A stretch of 64,000 nucleotides of DNA from Pseudogymnoascus verrucosus (Eukaryota), in the NCBI GenBank assembly GCA_001662655.1, contig KV460210.1; one strand, written 5' to 3'. The notes under the pieces are model-generated. The model was not told the DNA's origin and did not search any database. It saw nothing but the letters and a program-made list of their open reading frames with translations. The number at the start of each line of letters is the position of its first letter. Within the stretch, counting starts at the first letter, position 1. A program made the translations under genes and the position numbers. Shown in pieces: positions 1-11,903 of the stretch.

Positions 1-706
1 TATATAACTCCTTATAATATAGTACTTAGTGTCCTTATAAATTTTACTATTAACATTAGCTTTTTCTAGTATAGATATAAGTTATGTTTATTACTATACT
101 TTATATAAGGGTTAAATATATAATATGTTAAGTTATAGTACTATAAAGCTATAAGGTAGTTAATTATTAGTTATTACTATTCTTACCTTATAAGGTAAAG
201 CTAAATATAAAATCTACTTATATTTGTTTTTACCCTATAGGGTAAAAACCTAGGCATCTAGCTATAGCTATAGGCAGTGCCTATAGGGCGTGTATAGGAG
301 CACCTACTACTCTAGTAGGTACGTGAAGGCCTCGCCCCTCGCTTCTAGGGCCTCCTCCTCCCCCTCCCCTCCCCCCTCCCCTCCCCTCCCGCTCCTCTGC
401 CCCCTCCTCCCCTCCGTAGCTTTAGCGTGGCCTATTGCGCTCGCTTACGCCTCGCCCTTGCTCGCTCTGTGTAGTACGTGGTATGGTTTACCGTTCATTA
501 TAGGGGGATAGGGGGGGAACGCTAGTCGGGCACCGTCTACGGTGGATTCGTAGACTAGTTATTGTAAAGATAGCTGCCGTTTTAGGTAAAAATCTCCAAT
601 TAAGTGCCTAATTTGGCAAGGCTCCATCCCTCACGGAAAATCTACAAATAAGTCCTGTTTCGAGCATAAATGTACAATAAAGTACCCGATTTAGCAAGTT
701 TCGGCC
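1..706 (-). mobile_element. RIP-degraded transposon remnant; nt 250-350 resembles the DUF3505/OrsD-type Cys motif found in fungal RecQ-helicase elements
   Basis: Nt 1-290 are extremely TpA-rich and CpA/TpG-poor. The minus strand reads AFTYLLE**VLLYTPYRHCL, which back-mutates by C>T/G>A reversal to AFTYLPEQQVLLCTPCGHCL. Three degenerate subterminal repeats lie at about 589-698, and composition returns to normal after about 706. Confidence 0.55.
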
Positions 707-907
707 TTATAGTAATGGATAAATTTTATTTATGGGGAACGCGCTGATATTAGGCAGTTGGAAGCAGTGTCGGTAGGGCGCTCTCCAACAACGAGCGCTG
801 CAGTGACTCGTCCCCCCCTCTGGAAACTATATAAAGCGCGATTTCTCTCGATGGCAAAAGATATCCTCCTATTATAACTGCTGATTGTTACCAATATTTA
901 CCATAAG

Positions 908-1864
908 ATGTCCGTGGATCAATTTGATAGCACTGCTGCCCCCAAGGCAGATGAGATTGTTGCATCTCTCATCCGCAATGGCGGCTGCGTCCTCCGCAAC
1001 TTCATATCCGATGCCACAATCCTCGATATAATTGAAAGGGACGTCCGCCCGCATATCCAGGCAGACAGGCCATGGGAGGGAGTCGACTTCTTCCCGCCCG
1101 AGACCCGGCGAGTTATGGGCTTGGTCGGCAAGTCGCGCGTCTTTACTGACACTATCCCCGCCAACCGTCTGTACCGTGACGTATGCTCGCGACTCCTTTC
1201 CTCAACATGTCGCTCCTGGTACGGCTACCAACTAAACACGACAGTCTCGGAACCCCAGCTGAGCAACACAATCGTCTTCTCCATCGGCCCAGGCGCCAAG
1301 CGCCAGGAGCTGCACCGCGACGACTCGATTCATCATAACCATCTGCCCGACCTGCGAAGTCACCAAGACTATCGCATCGGGAGGGATACTAGTGTAGGTC
1401 TCTTTGTGGCCGGCAAAAAGACTACGCGTGCAAACGGGGCTACGCGGTTCATTCCGGGGTCGCATCTCTGGGGCGAAGAGAGATGCCCTGATGAGGAATT
1501 GGCTTTCTACGCTGAGCTGCAGCCAGGCGATGCGTTTATTATGCTTGCTTCTTGCTATCATGGAGGAAGTGCAAATACAACTGCAGATGAAGAGAGGCTT
1601 GTTTACAGCTGTTTTATGACCAAGGGATTTCTTCGACAAGTTTGTCCACCCTTACAACTGTATTGTTTGGTCCACTGCTAATTTAATATGGAGGAGGAAA
1701 ACCAGTACCTTGCAAACTCCTCTGAACAAATCAGACAGTATCCCCGGGATGTGCAGATGCTTATTGGGTATTCAGTTAGTAAGCCGTTTTTAGGCTGGGT
1801 TAACCTTGACGACCCTCTTAAGGTTTTGTATGGCGATGACTTTGAAGGCCAGGGGATGCGGTGA
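908..1864 (+). CDS. Phytanoyl-CoA dioxygenase (PhyH)-family Fe(II)/2-oxoglutarate dioxygenase; 2 exons (908-1639, 1694-1864)
   Basis: Has the HRDD...YHGGSAN facial-triad motifs and NGATRFIPGSHLW. Splicing restores the family motif FLRQEENQYL. A TATA-like TATATAAA is at about 828. Confidence 0.9.
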
Positions 1865-2029
1865 AGTCTGGTTGCGTTGCCCTGTGCCGCCTTCAGCAAG
1901 TTGAAAGCTTAATGCGATAAAACGGCAGGTTGTTGCAGAATAGTATTAGGCGTCTTGTCGATCATAAAATAGATCGCTTATTACAATACATGCATCATCT
2001 CTCGAAGAATTGAGCTAGTGCGCAAAGCA

Positions 2030-3430
2030 TCAAACTGCCAGCAGCGGCTTGCCGTCCCTTTCCCAGGCTTTGGCATTTTCCAGCCAACATCCCGGCTTGT
2101 TTTTCCATAGCTCTTTAAGAAAAGATATCACAACTTCGTAATTTCTAAAGCCAGTCTTCTTGATAATGTCCCCGTACCACTTTAATACCAGATGCTGCTT
2201 TTCCTCACAGCCGTGGCATTCAGTTCCTGCAATGAAAACCGGCCACGTCAAGTGTTGGATCAGCGCATCGTTACATGCGCAGTTTTCCAATTTCTCAAAC
2301 AGCTCCTGCATAGTGAGAAACATCTCAGCATCTGCAGGTGTGAAGTTGTAAACACACTGGTACGCGTACAACAGTGCCGCAATGTGATGAACGTCAACAA
2401 GGTGGATGAAGTTTAGGCGAGTAGATTCATCGCCAAGAGCTGCTGATGTCGCCGCGCTCATTAAGGTGAGACCACGAGTCTTCTCAAACTGGATCCGCAG
2501 GGCAGCTGGAGTAGGAACTCTGTGCGCAGCCGTACCTATGTCTGTGATGTAGAGTGTGACTTGATGAATAAGTTTCATATACTCCGACAATAGGGCTTCC
2601 GGGTCACCATGCCTTGGTAGCACCACATCATCGATCCCAAGGTAGAGGCATGTCGTCGTTGACGCTAAGACGTCATGAATTGAAAACTGACCTCGTAGAA
2701 ACCTGAACAGCTCGCTTGACTCAGCGCTAGAATCTGAAAATCCGTTGACGAGGAGGCGTGCACCGAGCCGATGCGAGCACCATGCTGTAGACGTGTCTCC
2801 AATGCACTCATAGTTAGAAAGGATGAGCATCGCGGCCAGGATCCATTCCGCAGTCTCTAGGTCCAAGATTTCTCGCGGCTCTTCACAGCCGACGCGCTCT
2901 GTGATTCTGGAGAGCTCTTGCGTTATTCTCAAAACAACCACATCCCGTGCCTTGGGAGCAAATGCAACGATTGATGGTTGTGTAGGGCCCATGTGCTCGG
3001 CCGATACAGCAAGTATCGCAAGCAATATGATGGGCGATGATCTCGCCTTGGGCACAACAAGCCGCCTGTAAGGATTCAAAGGCGAATCTACCCAAACCAT
3101 GTTTCCAGCGATTCGTCTCGAGTAGTAAGAGACTAAATGCTCAATTTCGCTTGCGTTTGGCGCTTCGGCGGCCATTTTGGCTATCTTTGCAGCAGCCTCA
3201 GCCCAGGATGACTTTGACGGCACTGACAATCCGTCAGCGGGCACGACATCCTGAGACGCATCCTTAGGGTATTGCAGTCCTTTGAAACGGCCACGTACTG
3301 CTACAGCATTTGCCCATCGTAGGTTTCGTCCATAACCGGGGCATTCTATACTTCGCTTCATGCATTTGAGACAGGAGGGTGTGGTGCGATCACAGCGGAT
3401 CCTCCGACGGACACAGACTCTGCAATCCAT
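2030..3430 (-). CDS. Zn(II)2Cys6 transcription factor with Fungal_trans_2-type regulatory domain
   Basis: 466-aa ORF with N-terminal CRVCVRRRIRCDRTTPSCLKCMKRSIEC and C-terminal LTWPVFIAGTE motif. Confidence 0.9.
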   Translation of the reverse strand: MDCRVCVRRRIRCDRTTPSCLKCMKRSIECPGYGRNLRWANAVAVRGRFKGLQYPKDASQDVVPADGLSVPSKSSWAEAAAKIAKMAAEAPNASEIEHLVSYYSRRIAGNMVWVDSPLNPYRRLVVPKARSSPIILLAILAVSAEHMGPTQPSIVAFAPKARDVVVLRITQELSRITERVGCEEPREILDLETAEWILAAMLILSNYECIGDTSTAWCSHRLGARLLVNGFSDSSAESSELFRFLRGQFSIHDVLASTTTCLYLGIDDVVLPRHGDPEALLSEYMKLIHQVTLYITDIGTAAHRVPTPAALRIQFEKTRGLTLMSAATSAALGDESTRLNFIHLVDVHHIAALLYAYQCVYNFTPADAEMFLTMQELFEKLENCACNDALIQHLTWPVFIAGTECHGCEEKQHLVLKWYGDIIKKTGFRNYEVVISFLKELWKNKPGCWLENAKAWERDGKPLLAV

Positions 3431-3539
3431 TGCGCTGCACCCGGCGAATGCACCTTTTCAAGCCTTCTGTTAACCCCTCATTAGAGTTTTGATTCCTTCT
3501 CAATCACGCCAGTGATCGCCGCTTCGGCCGTACCCCCTT

Positions 3540-4037
3540 GCTTAATCGCGACTATTAAAGTCTATTTAAAATTCGGAGCACTTAGGGCAAGGTTCTATAA
3601 CAAAAGAATATAGCTCTAAATTTTAAAGATAGTTAAAGACGAAAATAATGCAGTCCGGGAGTTACTCTAGTGTAAGGAGATGGGCTAAAAACCACATGTT
3701 TTAGCTTTAGGATTTAGTGCTTATTAATGTGCATTAGTATAAATCTAGGCTCGCTATATTTTACTGAGCCACTATTCTTAGGCCTGGTTATGTGTGTGGC
3801 GTAGAGTGTCACGCGTGTGGCGTAGTAGCACACGAACTTTCTATAGGCAGGTGCGCGACAGCCACGCTAGCGCCTAGGCCTAGAAGCGCTCTCTCGTCTT
3901 CTTCTACATTACCATCGCAACGGTAGGATAATATAGACAGAGCCAGGGTTAACCTAACCCTATAATAGAGTTAGGGTATTTTATTTATATCTAACTACCT
4001 ATAAGAGCTAGCTATTCTAGCATTAACACCCCCCCCT
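3540..4037 (-). mobile_element. RIP-like degenerate TE remnant including a probable LTR (about 3807-4028) with adjacent polypurine tract
   Basis: TpA-enriched. On the minus strand AGGGGGGGG (4037-4029) directly precedes TGTTA (4028), and a TGACA end lies at 3807. No target-site duplication was seen. Confidence 0.45.
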
Positions 4038-4171
4038 AAGTACATTTAAAATCCTAAATGCAAACTTCCCTCCTTATATTCTTACATCCCTACACCACCC
4101 CACACCACCCATCCGCCCCCAACCCACCTAAATCCTAAGCCCCTCGCAAATATATCAAAACCACTCATCCC

Positions 4172-4932
4172 TTAAATCCCACTACTCCCCCCACCCCCCA
4201 CGGCATGCGCAAAAACCTTCGCTGCAAGCTGACTCAACAACCTCGCCTTATCCCCCTGCGGCAACTCCTGAAACACCGAATAAACACTCATCCCCCTCGC
4301 ATCCCTCACTGCTCCCAGTCTATTCCCCGCCACCGCCCCCGCCACCATCCCCGGGAAATTCGCCACAATAAACCCCATCGCCGCACCACTCAGTCCACCC
4401 ACCAGCGACCAGAACCTCCCCGTGGCCTGGCCAGCCTCATTCGCCATCCCCTCCTCCCGTAGCATCTCCTCGAACACATCCCCGAATTGCGCGGACTCGG
4501 CTTCTTCACGGTTGGGGTGCGTGTTGAACCCGAAGTTCTCCCACCAGTTCCCCCCGGCGCCGTCGGAGGGGCGCGGGATATCCCAGGCGTCCTCGTCGTC
4601 CGCAGCGGAGGGACCGGAGGTGAAGCCGCCTGGGGCGGGGTGGGGACGTGCGAGGTCGTATTCGCGGCGCCGGGTGGCGTCGGAGAGGGTATAGTAGGCG
4701 TCGTTTATGAGTTGGAATTTCCTCGTGCGAGAGGCGCGGTCGGGGGAGTCGGAGGGGACACGGTCGGGGTGTGTTTTGAGGGCGGCGCGTTTGTAGGCGT
4801 CGCGGATTTGTTGGGGGGTTGCGGTGGGGGGGACGTCGAGGACGGAGTCTGGAAGGGTTTGGTTAGAATGTGAGGGTGAGAGCTGGTGGGGGAGGGGGAC
4901 GTACAGTAATCGGGGTTACTGGAGGGAGCCAT
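4172..4932 (-). CDS. DnaJ/Hsp40 J-domain protein with C-terminal glycine-rich hydrophobic segment; 1 intron (about 4850-4904)
   Basis: Spliced product reads MAPSSNPDYYSVLDV...YKRAALKTHPDR...KFQLINDAYYTLSD...RREYD (HPD motif) and continues into ORF 4172-4477. Confidence 0.9.
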
Positions 4933-5829
4933 GATGGTAGAAGGGTCGAGAGATGAAGGATTTGAATATCCTTCCTTTAAGCTGTGTATGCACTGAAGAA
5001 AGATGTAAAGTGCAAAAGGGATGCCGTCGCAAACCTCCCTCTTAGTCCAGGTTATCACAAGAAACCCAAGAAACTCCCCGTCCCTCGGCCACCATCGTCA
5101 TAGCTGTGGCGCACCCCCAACCTGACATGTGGCTTGACTCACACACACACACGCACGCACGGGTATAATAATTCCGATGCCAAGAAATTTCCACGTGACT
5201 TGTTTTCGATTTTTGTTATCTTTCTTATCGCCTTTTTTTAGTCTAGGTCACGTTTTTTTTTGTTCTTGGACTTTTCTTTTCCCATTGTCACGTTTCTCAC
5301 GCCGTCGCCGGTCGTAGCTGCCGCGTCGTTCGTTCGTCGGCAAAAGTGTTAGGAGAAGGTCTGAGTCCCGTGTGTACCCGAGTAAACCCGCTCTGCACAA
5401 TCACCCCGCTTGTACCCCGCGGTGATAGGGAGGTGGTGAGTGACAAGTGCCCGCCAACAGAATTATAGTCACAGTAGTAGGGAAACGGCGGAGGAGTAGA
5501 AAAACGATAGCATATCCTCTTCGCTTCGCTTTTCACTTCTGCTCCTGCTCCTGCTTCTGCTTCTCCTTTCTCTCGTCCTCTTTCTCTTTTCCTGCGCGCT
5601 TAGATCGTCAATTTCTAAGCTGTCCCCCTTACGGCGGTCTTCTTCCTCCGGTATTCGCTCCGCCTCCCGTCGACGACCTCGGCACCTATCCGCACTGCGC
5701 CATTCTTTATATTCCTTTATACTGTATAGAGTGCACTCTCTCCCCCGGACTCTCTTCCTCTCTTCGCATACTATTGTATCAGTCCTATAATAAAACTACC
5801 CCAAGTTCCACAACCACACAGCCCCACCA

Positions 5830-8246
5830 ATGGCCCCCGATATCTCCAACGGCCTCAACGGCCACCCCGCCACCGACGACTCCAATGCCGAGTTATGGAG
5901 ACATCCCGACCCGACGTCGACGCAGATGCATGCTTTCAAGGAGCGTGTTAATGTTAAGTATGGGCTCAAGCTTGATCATTATGAGGAGCTGCATAAGTGG
6001 TCTGTAGAGAACATTAGTGACTTCTGGGGAGAAGTGTGGGATTTCACTGGGATCAAGGGGAATAGGGTTGATGAACCGGTAAGTGATAATTACTTTTATG
6101 TCACGTGGTTTTGTCTTTATACTTCCCTTTTCAGTATCATACAGATGTTGAGTTGGATGGGCATCTATATGCTTGAAGGCTTCTTCTCTAATGCAGCCTC
6201 TACTCCCTTTCAAATCTCTCAAGCTACCCTACTACCCCCCTTGCCACACATCACCCTCCCTCCCCCACCCCTCTAACCAACCCCCACCAACTAACACCCA
6301 CACCAGGTCCTCCCCCCCAACGCCCCCATGTACCCCCGCCCCGACTTCTTCCCCACCACCACCCTCAACTTTGCCGAGAACCTCCTTTACCCTTCTTCTT
6401 CCCCCGACCCCTCCAGTCCAGCCATCATTGAGGCCAACGAGACTTCTTCCCACCCAATCAGCTGGGCCGATCTCCGCGAGCGCGTCCGCCGCTGCACCCT
6501 CGCCCTCCAATCCCTCTCCCTCGCCCCTGGCGACCGCGTTGCCGGTTTCCTCGGAAACACAGCCAATGCCGTCGTCGCAGCGCTAGCAGCAGCGAGTATC
6601 GGCGTCGTCTGGACGGGTGTTAGTCCCGATACGGGGGTCCATGCGGTGCTAGAGAGGTTGGTGCAGATTGAGCCCAAGGTGCTGTTTGTGGATAATGGGG
6701 TTGGGTATAATGGGCGCACGCATGCGAGTGGGGTGAAGGCGAGGGGGATTGTCGAGGGGTTGAGGGGGAAGGGGTTGATGGCTGTTGTTGTGTTTGAGAC
6801 TGTGGTGGGGTTGGAGTGTGGAGTTGAGGAGTTGGCGGAGGTGATGGATGAGGGGGCGAAGGCGTGGGAGTATAAGGATTTTGTGGACAGGTATGTTTCG
6901 ATTTTATGCTTATCCCTTGGGTACTCGTCAAGCTACGTCTACAGCAGAACTAACACACACCTAGCGTCCCCAACCCATCCGCCCCCCAAACATTCACCCC
7001 CCTCCCCTCTTCCCATCCCCTCTACATCCTCTACTCCTCCGGCACCACAGGCGCCCCAAAATGCATCGTGCACTCCGCCCTCGGCACTTTGATCCAACAC
7101 AAGAAAGAACACATCATCCACGGCGACCTCCTTCCCTCCTCGCGCCTCCTCTACTACACTACCACAACCTGGATGATGTGGCACTGGCTCGTTTCCGCGC
7201 TGTCCGTCGGCTCTACAATCGTCGTCTACGACGGCTCGCCATTCCGTCCCGCGGGGGAGATGTCAATGCCCTACCTCATCGATTCGCTGAAGATTACGCA
7301 TTTCGGGACGTCGGCGAAATACCTCTCGATACTGGAGCAGAAACACACGCAGCCCCTGCTCCCGCAACCCGATGGGTCGAACGCGGCTTCCCTAGCAACG
7401 CTAAAGGCTATCTACTCCACTGGCTCCCCGCTCGCGCCGTCAACGTATAAATACATCTACGCCAACTTCCCACCTACAGTCCAACTAGCATCCATAACAG
7501 GGGGGACAGATATCATATCCCTCTTCGGCGCACCTAACCCCCTCCTCCCCGTCTACGTAGGCGAAATCCAAGGCCCCGCCCTCGGCCTCTCTCTCCTCGC
7601 CGTCTCACCCACGGGTGACCCAGTCGCGCCCTCTGAACCAGGGGATCTGGTAGCTACTGTCCCGTTCCCTGCTCAGCCTACTACGTTCTTCGGCGCAAAG
7701 GGGGATGCGAAGTATTTCGATGCGTATTTTGCCGTGTTTCCCAAGGTGTGGCATCACGCCGATTTCATCTCCTTCGTCCCGCATACCGATGCTGGGCGCG
7801 CGGGTACGAACAACGCCGCGTCAGGCCTACTGATGCTGGGACGCAGCGATGGGACGCTAAAGCCTGCGGGTGTGAGGTTCGGGTCCGCGGAGATCTACAA
7901 CATCCTTCTCGCGCACTTCCCCGAGGTCTCAGACGCCGTATGCGTCGGTCGTCGTCGCGCGGGTGACGCAGACGAGACGGTGTTGTTGTTCTGTATGATG
8001 GCGCCTGGGGAGACGTGGAGTGAAGAGCTGGGAGCGAGGATTAAGAGGGAGATTGGCACGAGGTTGAGCGCGAGGCATGTGCCGGGGGTGGTGTGTGAGG
8101 GGGGCGGGGTGCCGGTGACGGGGAATGGGAAGAAGGTGGAGGTGGCAGTAAAGAGGGTTGTTAGTGGGGTTGAAGGGGGGGTGGGGGAGAGTGTGGTTAA
8201 TAGGGAGGTTTTGGAGTGGTATCGGGAGTGGGCGGGAAAGAATTAG
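5830..8246 (+). CDS. Acetoacetyl-CoA synthetase (AMP-binding family); 3 exons
   Basis: Motifs include ELHKWSV...FWGEVWDF, LNFAENLL, ILYSSGTTGAPKCI, ITGGTDIIS, GRSDGTLKPAGVRFGSAEIY and GKKVEVAVK. Confidence 0.93.
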
Positions 8247-9099
8247 ATGGGTAGATGGGGGGGGGGAAGTAGATTTGAGGGTTTGGGTAATTAGACAAAA
8301 GAAGACAAAAGCGAAGATTTACCGTATCGAATAATCTCGAGGCAGGAATCAGTCGCCGTATGGCCATTCATCATGACCCCTCGTGATAACCCCTCCTCGT
8401 TGACGGTCTGGCGCTTAAGTGATACAGCGGCCAAGTTCCGCGGCAATGTCGCAACCACCACCAACCAACAGGGCTGTGATAGTATAACCACCCACCACAT
8501 TTATGTTGGCGGGGCTGATTAGATGGGATGTGTGTGTGAGGAGGTGTCTCGGTGTGTTGGCTTTGGTGGTGGTGGTGATTGTGGACGAATATTGCCGCCG
8601 TTGTATGAGAAGGTGTGGTCGCGATGTTGGAAATGGTGGCGATGTGATAGCGGTGCTATGGTCGGTGTTGGATATCACTTTTTCGGTTATGAGACAGGAT
8701 GGCGACCATTGCCGCCGATGTATGAATTGGGTGGTCGACTATCATGGTGGTTTCATGGGAGATTGATTCTATGTGAGAAAATATGGTACCTCGTTGGGTA
8801 GTTGGCGGCTGTGGTCTGCGATTTGAGGTCGCAACGACCGCGCCACTGTCGTTGGATACTTGGTAATTATAGAAGAGTCGTGAGGGGGTATAATCAATGT
8901 TGCCGCTGTTGGATGATTCGGGCGATGCCCACGATGGTTTCATATAAAAATCGAACATAGCGAGAAGCCTATAAAGCCAGTCGAAATCCTATCTATCGAA
9001 TCTCAAAATCAGAAATCAGAATCACATCACAGATCAACCCATCGTCATCACCACATCACAGCAAACCACAACCTCAAGTTTCCAGCAACCACCATCATC

Positions 9100-9479
9100 A
9101 TGATGTCCTAGCCATACCTCATGCCCGCCACTGCCGCCATGCCGACACCTACTAGTCTGTCTCTTCCCCCCTCACCCCCCCTTCCACCACAACACCACAC
9201 CAACTAACCAACCCACTCCCAGCCAGCTCCGCACTCCCACCCCAACCAACTCCCGCAGCCCAGCTCCTCGCCTCTCTCACCCCCCCCCACCGCTCAGCCT
9301 TCGACCGCGCTGTGTCCCTCGCCGCGAGAGGGCATCGGCGGGAGGCGCTGAGGAATTTTGTGGATGAGGCGCGTAAGGGCGGGTTTTGGAGGGAGGGGAA
9401 GATGCTGGTTGATGTTAGGGATGATGTTAGTGAGGTGAACTTTAGGGGGGTTTTAATGTATTATTGTTGTTCGAAGTGA
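9100..9479 (+). CDS. Small orphan gene (about 100 aa, one intron at about 9155-9221); in-frame TAG at 9109 if the first ATG is used
   Basis: Has a GTCTGT...CTAAC...CCCAG intron and an open frame through HRSAFDRAVSLAARGHRREALRNFVDEARKGGFWREGK...YYCCSK*. It shows the same C-rich to G-rich profile as neighbouring genes. Confidence 0.5.
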
Positions 9480-10161
9480 TGGGGCGCGTGGGTGTGAGGT
9501 GGATGGAGGGTGTTGTGGGGGGGAGGGGGTTAGAATTGGGTATTAGCGGGGTTTAGGTGGTATTCTTAGATTAGGGAAGTATATATTCGACAGGTGCGGT
9601 GTATATTAGATGGTTGATTAGTTTTATAAATGCAGGACATTTTATTTCTACTATTTGTATTTGAATGATAAATTCTGTTTTAATAAATATCCTCATTTTA
9701 ATCATAATTTCTATAAATTCTATTAATTCTAGTTACTATGCATGTCCCCCTTTCGGATTCTAGGTGGAATAAGTACTATATGCGGCATTTCAAGACTACT
9801 ATATCCCTTTCTGCCCCTCCTATCTCGACGCTTTCGGAGATTGCTTGATTCTCCTCCTTTACCAGCACACTCCTCGACAGCTTGCCATCAACGTAAATCC
9901 CATATCCACCTTCTAGCAAATTTCCAAACGACAACTTCACGCTGTCATTAAATTGCAATTAGCGCGCCATTCCCGTATCTCAGCTAGAACCGAGGATCAT
10001 AAAACTCACCTCGAACTCTGCTGCGCCTTCAACGTGCATCCCAGATATCGCCTCACGATTTAAGTCGGCGCAACTATGCCCCGGCTGACCTCCGAAGTTG
10101 CATCTCTGCTGTTTTTAGAAAGTAAATATCATTACTTCAAGCTTCAGCCAAGCTATGAGAA

Positions 10162-11661
10162 TCACCGATTCTTAGAGCCCAAATTTAGAGAACTCAACAT
10201 CGGATGGTTCTTCAGCTCCCTCACCACCCCCTCCCGTACTACTTCTAATGGCCAGTTCATATACTGGCGCCAGCTGACTGGCAAGGCGGATTGGATCCCA
10301 TTGATTTCTCTCCGTCCTATATCACCAACCCACCAAACCTCCTTATATGCCACGAGAAGCGCGAAGTAATGCGCGAGCAAAACCAACGCTCGCGGCTGCT
10401 TCTCACTAACTAAATCGATATATAGTTTCGGAGTTAGGATTGGGAACAAGATCAACAGCCGCAGAACATCTCCAGAGTTCTTCTTGGCGTCGACTGCGCT
10501 CTTCGTTGTGCCGATAAAACTTATCACCTTCTTATACACCTCTTCGATATCTGCATTCCAGGGCTCATCCCTTTCGTGGTCTTGGTTTCGTTCAAGCAGG
10601 TGGGCAAGACAGTTTGGATTCTTGACGGTAAAGGGGCCCTCAAGCTCCCACGGTTTCTTGCTTGCCACAACGGCGCCGAAGGCGGTCTCAAGATCCCACG
10701 GTCTCTTGCCCGCGAAAACAGCGCCATTCTCAGTTAATTCTTTATTATTATCCAAAATTTCCCTTGATAACGCCAATGGGTCATCCTTGACGTATGGATA
10801 TGCCTCGACGAATACGAATCCAGCTTCCTTCGTTATCAAAAGCCATTCTGTAGGAGGCGTATATGGGGTGGGCTCCCTGTCCTGTAATAGGACGAGAGCG
10901 CAAAGACGAATTACCGATGCTGTAAGAAGGGCCGCATCCGCGTTGGATTTATTAAGCTGGCTAACCTCATGCCGGTGAATTCGGATGGCTTGGCCGAAAT
11001 AGGTGTTGGATGCTTCTAAAGCCTCAACGTTTAGAGGCTCCGTCTTAGAGAGATGCATTGCGGTTATACAGTATATGGAATATAAGAGCGAGTCATGCTT
11101 CAATGCTAGACCAGGCATCTCTGAGACCCATATTTCCCGCGATCTTTCACTAGTAGATCCACTCGATGGTATGGAAACGGTCCATCCAGTGTTAGTCATA
11201 TACAGGTAAAGGAGTTTTAGCTCGAGCATGCGCCGTTTTTCTGCATGGGGGTTTTCTTTCGCAGAAACTGTCGCGTCGTTGGCTATCTTAGCCCTGGAGG
11301 TGGAGGCCGAGCTTTCATTTGATCTACTTGGCCCGGGCCTTGCATAATTGCAAGACACCTTATGCCGCTGGCAGCTTCCGCATAGAGGGTGGACTTCGTC
11401 ACACTGTGGCAAGTTAGGCATAGTATCTATAAATGCTTGGCACGGCAATCCCAGCAATGGAGTATTGACTAAAAGAAATGCGGACTATACTTTAACGCGC
11501 CTGGCTCGGCATTGCTGGCAACCATATCTTGACTTCTTATGATACAGTCGTGACGGAGGGTTAGCTACGCCAACTTCTGGCTTCCAATGGACGAATTGGT
11601 CTGCATCCCCTCGGGGTGGGCTCGCGCTGCGACTAATTGGCTGTGGTGAGAAATCCGACAT
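10162..11661 (-). CDS. Zn(II)2Cys6 transcription factor, Upc2/Ecm22-like (sterol-uptake-control type)
   Basis: The spliced cluster reads HKKSRYGCQQCRARRVK|CDEVHPLCGSCQRHKVSC. It is followed by LELKLLYLY and QPRALVLLAHYFALL...WWVGDIG motifs. Confidence 0.88.
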
Positions 11662-11903
11662 GGCTTGGTTTTGTTGTATCCTGTGATGTTGGACAAGTTA
11701 TGATGAAGTACTTGGGGAAACGATGACGGGCCGCGTCAGCCGCAGGTGACAGGGATCATAACCCCATAGGATGTCTTCACGTCCAATCTTTGACAATAGT
11801 TATACTTGTGCTACCTCGAAGTAGAAAATGGGATATGTGTAACAGCTAGTAATTCCAGTGACTATCATTAAAATATTCCAATCCTCCACTCAATATACAA
11901 CAC

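Noticed and set aside
3945..3980. Telomere-like TTAGGG/CTAACCCTA sequence
   Set aside because: Only isolated copies within a RIP-like remnant; not tandem.
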